Shown: positions 10,987-18,776 of the stretch, one piece after another
How positions within the stretch are numbered: position 1 is the stretch's first letter
Layout: each line of letters opens with the position of its first letter
Notes under the pieces: generated by a model
Databases searched by the model: none
The model's input: the letters and a program-made list of their open reading frames with translations, nothing else
What the model was told of the DNA's origin: nothing
Source: a virus
Taxonomy: Duplodnaviria > Caudoviricetes
DNA: 36,026 nucleotides
Virus record (IMG/VR): IMGVR_UViG_3300030392_000710
Location: 1 to 36,026 of that record
Direction: 5' to 3' (one strand)
Program-made: the position numbers and the translations under genes

Positions 10987-11015
10987 TTGCTAGTCCAGTA
11001 GCCAGCCCGTATAGT
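10987..11015 (+). promoter_or_regulatory. Sigma70-like promoter
   Basis: TTGCTA-17 nt-TATAGT upstream of 11044. Confidence 0.55.
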
Positions 11016-11043
11016 TAATAACCAGCAGCATGGGGATAAAGCC

Positions 11044-11388
11044 ATGACGGTTTACATAGTGCAAGAGATGCGTGGTCGGGATATTACCGACGCCGCCTCC
11101 TTTGGCAATTTAGAAATACTCCTCCCAGCAAAAGAACAAGTCAGTTTCAGCACACAGCCCACCGTAAGGCGTATGGCTGCGGTGTTGTCAAAGTTCACAG
11201 ATGATGACTACTTGCTCTTGGGCGGAGACCCAGCGGGGGTGGCAATAGCGGCGTCGTTAGCGGCGCAATACAACCGTGGGCGTTACAAATTGCTCAAGTG
11301 GGACAGGCTGGAAAAGCAGTACTTTCCCCTACAGGTGGATATTTTACAACGCACCACTCCCGAACCCACAGGAGAACCAAGTGAGTAG
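11044..11388 (+). CDS. Phage hypothetical protein (114 aa)
   Basis: RBS-like GGGGA; natural-looking alpha/beta sequence (VYIVQE...DDYLLLGGDP...LLKWDR); overlaps the next start. Confidence 0.7.
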   Translation: MTVYIVQEMRGRDITDAASFGNLEILLPAKEQVSFSTQPTVRRMAAVLSKFTDDDYLLLGGDPAGVAIAASLAAQYNRGRYKLLKWDRLEKQYFPLQVDILQRTTPEPTGEPSE

Positions 11389-11935
11389 TTTTGAAGACGT
11401 AGCCAATGAGCTGTCCGCTGTGGACGAGGTAGGTCTAGGCCGGGTAAGTAAGTTGGCCAGCACCCAATTAGCCTTAGAACAGCACGTACAAAACATAGAA
11501 GAACAATTAAAACAGGCAAAACGCGACCTTAGAGAAATAGCAGAAGACAAACTCCCCGCAGCCATGTTGGAATATGGCATAAGAGAATTCAAACTGGAAG
11601 ACGGTAGCCAGATCACGGTTAAGAACTTCTACGGAGCCAGCATAACTAAAAACAAGCAAGAAGAGGCTTTTTCTTGGCTTGTGAACAACGGCTTTGGTGA
11701 CTTGATTAAAAACCAAGTCAGCGTTAGTTTTGTACGTGGGCAAGAACACAATGCCACCGAGCTTTTACAAGAGCTAGAAAAACGGCAATATCAGCCCGCA
11801 ACCCGTAAATGGGTAGAACCAATGACGCTAAAAGCGTTTGCCCGAGAGCAGGTGGAAGCTGGAAACACGCTCCCATCTGATTTGTTTGGCCTTTTTATTG
11901 GTGAACAGGCCAAAATTACTAAACCAAAGAGGTGA
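11381..11935 (+). CDS. Coiled-coil replication/recombination-associated hypothetical protein
   Basis: GTG 11381 after GGAG RBS (track start 11276 overlaps the previous gene); N-terminal coiled coil, WL..NG.GDLIKN and VEPMTLKAFARE motifs. Confidence 0.65.
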   Translation: MSSFEDVANELSAVDEVGLGRVSKLASTQLALEQHVQNIEEQLKQAKRDLREIAEDKLPAAMLEYGIREFKLEDGSQITVKNFYGASITKNKQEEAFSWLVNNGFGDLIKNQVSVSFVRGQEHNATELLQELEKRQYQPATRKWVEPMTLKAFAREQVEAGNTLPSDLFGLFIGEQAKITKPKR

Positions 11936-11938
11936 TAC

Positions 11939-12739
11939 ATGGCTAGTAAAGCACTTGCCGAAGTCGATGAGACTCAAAATCAAATCGCCGTTTATAAGGA
12001 ACTGGAAGATTATGCTGCGGAAGGATTTAGTGAGGTAAAAACAGAAGACCTTGCTATACCTTTTTTACGTATTCTGGCGCAGTTAAGTCCACAGGTTGAT
12101 AAGCGGAACGGTGCTTACATAGAGGGTGCCGAAGCAGGGATGATCTTTAACACTGTGCTGAACGAAGTCTACGACGGAGAACAGGGCATACAGGTTATAC
12201 CCGTACACTACAATAGACGCTTTGTAGAATGGACACCCCGTGAAAAGGGCGGTGGCTATATGGGTAGTTACGAAACCACCGACCCCATAGTCAACACTGT
12301 TGTACGCAACGAGCGTGGAGAGGATTTATTGCCAAACGGCAATTTACTCGCCAACACGGCACAGTTTTTTGTGCTGTACGAGCACCCCACGCAGGGGCTA
12401 CAGCGTGCAATGATTCCCATGACAAGCACACAGTTGAAAAAGTCGCGTAAGTGGTTGACACAAATGCAGTCTTTAACAGCCAGTGGTGCTAATGGTATAT
12501 ACACGTTACCTATGATGTCACAGGTGTACCGTTTGACTACCGTTGCAGAGCGTAACGATAAGGGTAGCTGGTTTGGGTGGGAAATAACCCGTGCCCACAG
12601 CATTAACCTAGAACTCGACCAAGGTAAGGCTAACTTTGACACCGCCGTGGCCTTTGCTCGTAGTGTTAAAGCTGGGGATGTACAGGTCAGAGCAGAACAG
12701 CCAACAGACCCAGACGAGCAGGACGATTCTATTATCTAA
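11939..12739 (+). CDS. Putative single-stranded DNA-binding protein
   Basis: GAGGTG RBS; IPFLRILAQLSPQV, aromatic GSWFGW and acidic C-terminal tail (DPDEQDDSII); directly upstream of primase. Confidence 0.6.
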   Translation: MASKALAEVDETQNQIAVYKELEDYAAEGFSEVKTEDLAIPFLRILAQLSPQVDKRNGAYIEGAEAGMIFNTVLNEVYDGEQGIQVIPVHYNRRFVEWTPREKGGGYMGSYETTDPIVNTVVRNERGEDLLPNGNLLANTAQFFVLYEHPTQGLQRAMIPMTSTQLKKSRKWLTQMQSLTASGANGIYTLPMMSQVYRLTTVAERNDKGSWFGWEITRAHSINLELDQGKANFDTAVAFARSVKAGDVQVRAEQPTDPDEQDDSII

Positions 12740-12783
12740 CACAGTCTCGTTGGTTTCCTAGGCAACCAACGAACCGCTGTGCA

Positions 12784-12838
12784 GGAGTAGAGGGGTGCTT
12801 CTGTTACACATTAGAGGTGCCTCTTTGCTCCGTTTTTT
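12784..12838 (+). terminator. Long G-U-rich stem-loop followed by a T run (terminator/attenuator)
   Basis: GGAGTAGAGGGGTGCTTCT (12784-12802) pairs with AGAGGTGCCTCTTTGCTCC (12813-12831) if G-U is allowed; TTTTTT at 12833-12838. Confidence 0.55.
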
Positions 12839-12850
12839 AGGGGTAAGCCT

Positions 12851-14377
12851 ATGCAAGAATTAGCCAAAGAGTTTTTTGAACTCTTTGCTGGAAGTGACAT
12901 AGCTCACGGAACTTACGAAGTCAACGGCGAAGAACGCTCAGATGGCAAAAAACAAGGACAAGCCAAAGTTCTGCGTCAGCCTCCTACCCTAGAACATTGG
13001 GTGGAGCACTTACAGGGAGGTATGGGACTAGGCATTATTCCCATACGCAGCGATAACACCTGTAAATGGGGCGCAATAGATGTTGACAGTTACGACACTG
13101 ACCATAAGTTAATAGTTAAAAAACTACGGGAAAATAAAATCCCCGCCATTGTGGGTCGTAGCAAGTCGGGTGGGGCACACATCTGGCTTTTTGTAAAGCG
13201 GCACATTCCAGCGGCCGACATGCAAAGAAAAATGACTAACTTAGCCGCTGCCCTTGGCTACGCTGATAGTGAAATTTTCCCCAAACAGACCTCTATACTC
13301 GTTGACCGGGGAGATACGGGTAATTTTCTTAATATGCCGTACCAGTCTGGCGACCGCACCGTGCGCTACGCCTTTAACACTAGAGCCGAAAGCCTAACCA
13401 CCACCGAATTTATTCAACAGGCCAAAAAACGGATCCTGACCCCCGCAGCTTTTGCAAAATTAGACGTTAACTTCGGCACTAAAGAAACCATTCTAAAAGA
13501 GGGGCCTCCCTGCCTACAGCACTTATGTCGTCAGGGGTTTACGGAGGGAAGCCGTAACAATGCTCTGTTTAACTTGGGGGTGTACGCCAGACTATTCAAC
13601 CCCGATAACTGGGAAAATCTGGTTCAAAAGTACAACGTAGACCACCTAACACCCCCCCTGAGCCACTCGGAAGTGGGCACGGTCATAAAGCAGTTGCACA
13701 AAAAAGACTACTTCTACAAATGTGAAGACCAGCCCATTAAGCCCTTTTGTAACAAAGAAATCTGTAAAACCAGAAAATACGGTGTAGGTCCTGCGGGGGC
13801 TTCACATGATCTGAGCAGCCTTACCAAAATAGACGGCGACCCCCCTATATGGATACTAAACGTGGACGAACAGCGCGTGGAACTATCCACACAGGGGCTT
13901 ATAAGCCAGTCGCAGTTTCAAAAGGACTGTGTTTCACAGATAAATAAATTCCCCATTACTATCACGCAGCGGGCGTGGCAAACCAGAATACAAACCCTGT
14001 TAGATAGCCTGACTATAGTGGAGGTGCCTCCGGATGCAACAATTTCTGGGGAATTTGAAGATTTACTCCACAGCTTTTGCACAGAAAGGGCGCGTGGTAC
14101 AGAAAAAGAAGACATTTTACAGGGTATATCTGTGTGGTGGGATGGCAGGGTGTTTTTTCAGGTAAAAGACCTTAGAAAACACTTAACCGTTAATGACTTT
14201 ACGCACTACACCTCTAACAAAATAACCTTAAAGCTAAGGGACTTAGAATCGGACAAAACCTTCTGGCGAGTTAAGAGTAAAGGGGTACATGTTTGGAGTT
14301 TATCACAAACTTACTTTGGTGAGAATGAAATCAGCGTTGACCTGCCCCCCCTAAGCGGGGAACAGGAAATACTCTAG
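12851..14377 (+). CDS. AEP-superfamily primase(-polymerase) with PriCT-like domain
   Basis: WGAIDVD (DxD), RSKSGGAH (motif II), GNFLNMPY, PPCL and GSRNNALFNLG (PriCT-1-like). Confidence 0.85.
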   Translation: MQELAKEFFELFAGSDIAHGTYEVNGEERSDGKKQGQAKVLRQPPTLEHWVEHLQGGMGLGIIPIRSDNTCKWGAIDVDSYDTDHKLIVKKLRENKIPAIVGRSKSGGAHIWLFVKRHIPAADMQRKMTNLAAALGYADSEIFPKQTSILVDRGDTGNFLNMPYQSGDRTVRYAFNTRAESLTTTEFIQQAKKRILTPAAFAKLDVNFGTKETILKEGPPCLQHLCRQGFTEGSRNNALFNLGVYARLFNPDNWENLVQKYNVDHLTPPLSHSEVGTVIKQLHKKDYFYKCEDQPIKPFCNKEICKTRKYGVGPAGASHDLSSLTKIDGDPPIWILNVDEQRVELSTQGLISQSQFQKDCVSQINKFPITITQRAWQTRIQTLLDSLTIVEVPPDATISGEFEDLLHSFCTERARGTEKEDILQGISVWWDGRVFFQVKDLRKHLTVNDFTHYTSNKITLKLRDLESDKTFWRVKSKGVHVWSLSQTYFGENEISVDLPPLSGEQEIL

Positions 14378-15906
14378 TGCTGAACGTCATACTGGGGCCT
14401 CCCGGAACGGGGAAAACAGAAACCAGTATTCGTACGGTGGAAAAGTTTTTAGAGCAGGGGGTTTTGCCAAGTTTAATTGGGTATTTTGCTTTTACCCGCA
14501 GAGCCAACATAGAAGCCAAACACCGCGCCATGACTAGGTTTAACCTCTCCTCTAACGACTTACCCTACTTCCGTACACTGCACTCACTGGCCTATAGCCA
14601 GTTAGGCATCAGCCGTAGCCAGATCATGACCCGTAAACACTACGACGAAGTCAGTAAGTGGCTAAAGATTGGCAGCTTTTTTGCCCGAGAAAGTGACCAC
14701 GGCCCTTTCAAGGATATTGGCTACGGAGACAAGTTCCTAGAACTTATTAACATGGCTCGTATTACACAAAGGCCGTTAAAAGACATCTATAACGCCAGCC
14801 GAGTACGCTACAAGGCTGATTGGCGCTTGGTTGACTACGTTAACCGTGGACTAAGCCACTATAAGAGTACTTATCATTTATTAGACTACACCGACATGTT
14901 AGTGCAGTTTGTAAAAGCAGACCTAGCCCCCAGATTAGAGGTAGTTATTATAGACGAAGCACAGGACTTATCCGCTCTGCAGTGGCAGATGGTCACGTTA
15001 CTGGCAAACAAGGCACAACATGTGTTTATAGCTGGCGATGACGACCAAGCCATCTACAGATGGGCAGGTGCGGATATAGATAAGTTCTTGCAACTGGAGG
15101 GTAACATCAGTGTGCTTTCAAAAAGCTATCGTATCCCCGCCAAACACCATAGAATTAGTCAAAGACTTATACAGAGAGTCACCCACCGACACGTTAAAAA
15201 CTTTAGCCCCCGTGATGAAGAAGGCCACCTACAGTGGCACCGTCACAGTGAGCAAGTAGACTTACACAATGGAGGATGGTTGTTGCTTTCCCGTACTACA
15301 AAGGGGGCTAATCAGCTAGAGGAAGAGGTCAGGCAGCGGGGACACCTGTACACGTATGATTCTAGTCGCAGCACCGACAGCAAAGCCCTACAAGCGGTTA
15401 TTCTTTGGGAAAAACTCCGCAAGGGAATAAAACTCCCGGTAGAGGATATTCATAAGATATACGCCCAAATGTTGCTGCATACACAAATAGTGTATGGATA
15501 CAAGACACTGTCCAACATAAACGTAGATGGATTTTACAACATAACTGATCTACAAACCGACCACGGCCTGTTAACCACAGACCCTTGGGACGAAGCACTC
15601 GGCAAAATATCAAACAGGGACAAACGCTACATCTCAGCTTGTTTGCGTAAAGGCGAAGATCTAACAAAAACCCCTAGAATCACCATTTCCACCATCCATA
15701 GGGCTAAGGGCGCACAGGCAGAAAACGTACTTCTCCTCACCGACACCACTGGCAGGTCTAATAGTCAATGGCGATTTAGCGAAACCGAAAAGGAAGATGA
15801 GGCCCGTGTGTTCTACGTGGGGCTAACCCGCGCAAAGCAGACCCTACACTTAATCCACCCTATGTATTCAGCGGGGTACTCCATACCCCATGGAGGAAAA
15901 AGTTAA
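14377..15906 (+). CDS. UvrD/Rep-like SF1 DNA helicase
   Basis: GPPGTGKT, TLHS, IDEAQD, GDDDQAIY, SYR, STIHRAKG, YVGLTRAK. Confidence 0.93.
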   Translation: MLNVILGPPGTGKTETSIRTVEKFLEQGVLPSLIGYFAFTRRANIEAKHRAMTRFNLSSNDLPYFRTLHSLAYSQLGISRSQIMTRKHYDEVSKWLKIGSFFARESDHGPFKDIGYGDKFLELINMARITQRPLKDIYNASRVRYKADWRLVDYVNRGLSHYKSTYHLLDYTDMLVQFVKADLAPRLEVVIIDEAQDLSALQWQMVTLLANKAQHVFIAGDDDQAIYRWAGADIDKFLQLEGNISVLSKSYRIPAKHHRISQRLIQRVTHRHVKNFSPRDEEGHLQWHRHSEQVDLHNGGWLLLSRTTKGANQLEEEVRQRGHLYTYDSSRSTDSKALQAVILWEKLRKGIKLPVEDIHKIYAQMLLHTQIVYGYKTLSNINVDGFYNITDLQTDHGLLTTDPWDEALGKISNRDKRYISACLRKGEDLTKTPRITISTIHRAKGAQAENVLLLTDTTGRSNSQWRFSETEKEDEARVFYVGLTRAKQTLHLIHPMYSAGYSIPHGGKS

Positions 15907-15907
15907 A

Positions 15908-15936
15908 TTGTTTCTCAATTGTTCCTTTAGTAAAAT
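15908..15936 (+). promoter_or_regulatory. Sigma70-like promoter
   Basis: TTGTTT-17 nt-TAAAAT, followed by AGAAAGAGG RBS and ATG 15975. Confidence 0.45.
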
Positions 15937-15974
15937 AAAGGGTGCCTAAACCACACTAGAAAGAGGTAGTTAAA

Positions 15975-16301
15975 ATGAGTTCTGGAGAAGAAGGAGCAGC
16001 AATTATTGCTGCGGTTGACGAGGCCATTGAAAGGTTAGACCACGAACAACCTGCACCAATAAAGCCAAAGCACAGAAGAGTACACATCAAGCCTGATGTT
16101 ATTATTTCCAAGCGAATGGAAAAGCCCCCCATCCGTAGTGACACCAACCGTTACCGTAATATGGTGATAGTAATGCAGTGTCATACAGTGGGCGAAGCCC
16201 TTAAACGGCTAAAAGCACTTGAAAAGTCCCCCGGAGGCAGTACAGATATTAAGCTTGCCGAAAAGGCGGGTGCAATAGCGTTGTTACACCCCTCAGACTA
16301 G
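15975..16301 (+). CDS. Small basic hypothetical protein (108 aa), possibly DNA-binding
   Basis: Strong RBS (GAGGT); K/R-rich; first gene of the nucleotide-modification sub-cluster. Confidence 0.65.
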   Translation: MSSGEEGAAIIAAVDEAIERLDHEQPAPIKPKHRRVHIKPDVIISKRMEKPPIRSDTNRYRNMVIVMQCHTVGEALKRLKALEKSPGGSTDIKLAEKAGAIALLHPSD

Positions 16302-16311
16302 GGAGAACAAC

Positions 16312-17232
16312 ATCTGGCATAAAGCAGCTTACGCTAACCCCGAAGCCGTAGAAAGGTTTTTTGGCTGGATTAATGAGCGACACGCCATTTACCAGCGCAG
16401 AGCAGCAGGACACCCTGCCCCTTGGACTAAAGACCCCATACTCCAGCAGTACAAGTTTACTAACCCCTTTAGAGAAAATGACCGTGTTACCGTATGGATG
16501 CGGAAAAACTGGACTGACCCCAACAAGGATAGACCTTGGGGGGAGATTATATTTAATTGCTGCTTGTTTAGGTCGGTGGGGACTTCTGCTTTTGCACAAG
16601 AACACGGATGGGTAACGAGTTGGGATCCTGACTACACTAAATCTATTATTGAGGAAAGACTGAGTAATAACCTCAGCACCTTTACGGGAGCCTATATTGT
16701 TACAAATCAAGGACTTAAACTTAAGAAGTCAGAGGTGGTGTCCGATTACTTTTTAACCCCTATATGGGAATCACGCAATAGCCTAGTACTGGTGGCTGAA
16801 ATAGCTAACACCCTGCAAGACGTACACAAAATTCTGGGTACTTTTACGGGTTGGGGCGGCGGAGGGTTTATGGCCTATGAGGTAGTAACAGACCTTAATT
16901 ACACCCCTGTGCTGCAACACGCACAGGACAGATTTTCTTGGGCTAACGCTGGCCCCGGAGCTAAACGAGGACTAAACCGCATACAAGACCGCCCCCTTAA
17001 CAAGAGCATTACTCCATCTCAGGCTAATAAAGAGATGCAGGAACTCTTGTTTGCTGCGGTGTACTATTGCAGAGGGCATTGCCCAATAAATCAAATAGAC
17101 ATGCGTACCATAGAGCACAGCTTATGCGAATGGGACAAATACGAGCGCGTACGACTAGGCCAAGGTAGGCCAAGGGCGCGTTTTGATGGGTTTAACAGGG
17201 ATAGTGCTACCGTTATTGGAGCCGTTGGGTGA
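16312..17232 (+). CDS. 5-hmdU DNA kinase-like protein (aGPT-Pplase1 / HMUDK helical family), apparent ATC start
   Basis: The frame is open upstream of track start 16498 and reads FFGWINERHAIYQRRAAGHPAPWTKDPILQQYKFTNPFRENDRVT, the family N-terminal signature. Also FMAYEVVTDL, GPGAKRGL, RTIEHSLCEWDKY. GGGAG RBS at 16301-16305, then in-frame ATC at 16312. Confidence 0.8.
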   Translation: MWHKAAYANPEAVERFFGWINERHAIYQRRAAGHPAPWTKDPILQQYKFTNPFRENDRVTVWMRKNWTDPNKDRPWGEIIFNCCLFRSVGTSAFAQEHGWVTSWDPDYTKSIIEERLSNNLSTFTGAYIVTNQGLKLKKSEVVSDYFLTPIWESRNSLVLVAEIANTLQDVHKILGTFTGWGGGGFMAYEVVTDLNYTPVLQHAQDRFSWANAGPGAKRGLNRIQDRPLNKSITPSQANKEMQELLFAAVYYCRGHCPINQIDMRTIEHSLCEWDKYERVRLGQGRPRARFDGFNRDSATVIGAVG

Positions 17233-18320
17233 GCCCCCCGTTAGTTTACCCGGATTTATCCCCCGTTAAGGGGGTTAGAACTTTTACTGTGAAAAACCCC
17301 AGCGAAGCCCTATACCTTTGTAAATGTGCCATAGAAAAAGAGGGCACCCCAGTGGAAACCCGCAATGGCTCCGCTTTAGAATTTGATACCCCCGTAGCCA
17401 TTACCTACAACAAACCACGCGAGAGAGTACTTTTTTACGCACAAAGAGATGCTAACCCTGTATTCCACTTAATGGAATCACTATGGATGTTACAGGGGCG
17501 CAACGATGTTGAATGGATCAGCCAATTTAATGGAAGAATAAACACCTACAGTGATGACGGGGCGCATTTCCATGGGGCTTATGGCTACAGGTGGAAAACG
17601 TGGTTCAAAAAAGACCAGTTAGAACACGCCACCCACCGCTTACTAACGTACAAAAACGACAGACGCACTGTACTTACCATGTGGGATCCGCACCACGATT
17701 TAGTAAAAACAAACGACGGTAAAGACTACCCCTGCAATACCCAGATTTTTCTGAAGAAAAGAGACAACTACCTAGACATGACCGTTATTAACCGTAGTAA
17801 CGATATGATCTGGGGAGCCTTGGGGGCTAACGCGGTACACATGTCGTTTTTACAGGAGTATATGGCTGCAAAAACAGGCACAAAGGTGGGAATTTACACC
17901 CAATTCAGCAATAATTTACACGTATACTTGGACACTTTGGAAAAGCTCAACACTCCGCAGCCCCTACGGGCTGACTACGATGCCTACGGCACACGTTCAA
18001 TAAAGCCCCAGCCCCTAGTGGACGATATAGAATGTTTTAACAAAGAACTAGAGCTCTTTTTTAAGGTAGACCCTATTACATGGGCTTACTATGACTGGAC
18101 ACCGCGTGGGAGCGGAAGTTCGGGCAGGTGGGTAACTCCCTTGTGGAAAAATTCCTTTTTCCCCGGAGTAGCGTTGCCAATGTTAAAGACATGGCAACTA
18201 TATAAGAAAAAAGACCTTGTGGCTGCAAGGGAAGAGACTTGTAAGATTACCTCCCCAGATTGGGCAATAGCATTAAGAGAATGGCTAGATAGAAGACGGA
18301 TTAGAACCCATGCCAAGTAA
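17229..18320 (+). CDS. Thymidylate-synthase-family protein, probable dUMP hydroxymethylase
   Basis: GAYGYRW, DRRTVL.MWDP, catalytic DYPCN, NRSND..WGA.GAN (Asn indicates a dUMP-type substrate), NNLHVY; coupled to the 5-hmdU kinase gene. Confidence 0.82.
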   Translation: MSPPLVYPDLSPVKGVRTFTVKNPSEALYLCKCAIEKEGTPVETRNGSALEFDTPVAITYNKPRERVLFYAQRDANPVFHLMESLWMLQGRNDVEWISQFNGRINTYSDDGAHFHGAYGYRWKTWFKKDQLEHATHRLLTYKNDRRTVLTMWDPHHDLVKTNDGKDYPCNTQIFLKKRDNYLDMTVINRSNDMIWGALGANAVHMSFLQEYMAAKTGTKVGIYTQFSNNLHVYLDTLEKLNTPQPLRADYDAYGTRSIKPQPLVDDIECFNKELELFFKVDPITWAYYDWTPRGSGSSGRWVTPLWKNSFFPGVALPMLKTWQLYKKKDLVAAREETCKITSPDWAIALREWLDRRRIRTHAK

Positions 18321-18609
18321 AACCATAGAAACAGTACAAAAACTACTAGAATCTGATTTAATAGGTCTAACCGAAGCAGAACAAGCCTATGGCAATAGTT
18401 GGAAAAAACGCGGAGGCATAGGCGCATTTATGATGTTGGCCCGTAAATGGGATCGTATAGAAAATCAAGTAAAGACCCATGATTACGACGTGTTAAAAGC
18501 CCTACAGGCAGATGGGTCCGAAACAGGAATATTAGACGACATAAGAGACTTACGCAGGTACTTATTGCTGGTAGAGTCTGAGATAGTGATATGGAAAAAT
18601 CAAACGTAA
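18310..18609 (+). CDS. Small all-alpha nucleotide-modification-associated protein (MazG-like pyrophosphatase candidate)
   Basis: YGNSWKKRGG...ARKWDRIEN...DDIRDLRRY pattern; between the TS-like gene and PolA. Confidence 0.55.
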   Translation: MPSKTIETVQKLLESDLIGLTEAEQAYGNSWKKRGGIGAFMMLARKWDRIENQVKTHDYDVLKALQADGSETGILDDIRDLRRYLLLVESEIVIWKNQT

Positions 18610-18776
18610 TTTACGAACAGGAAGCAGCGCGGGAGTCTAATTTAGATGTACCTATTACGGCTATTTGCCATTGTAAAAAGGAAACAAAAGACCTCACTTA
18701 CAGAACGCTCAAGAATAAGTGGCCGCATTGTTCATGTAGGCAGTCCATGAAGATATTAACCCAAGATGCAAGTTAG
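18591..18776 (+). CDS. Small Cys-containing hypothetical protein (61 aa)
   Basis: CHC...CSC pairs; fills the gap with overlaps on both sides. Confidence 0.5.
   Translation: MEKSNVIYEQEAARESNLDVPITAICHCKKETKDLTYRTLKNKWPHCSCRQSMKILTQDAS

Noticed and set aside
17229-18320. Canonical thyA or dCMP hydroxymethylase
   Set aside because: The divergent motifs and coupling to a 5-hmdU kinase argue against plain ThyA. Asn rather than Asp after the RSND segment argues against a dCMP substrate. Not experimentally excluded.
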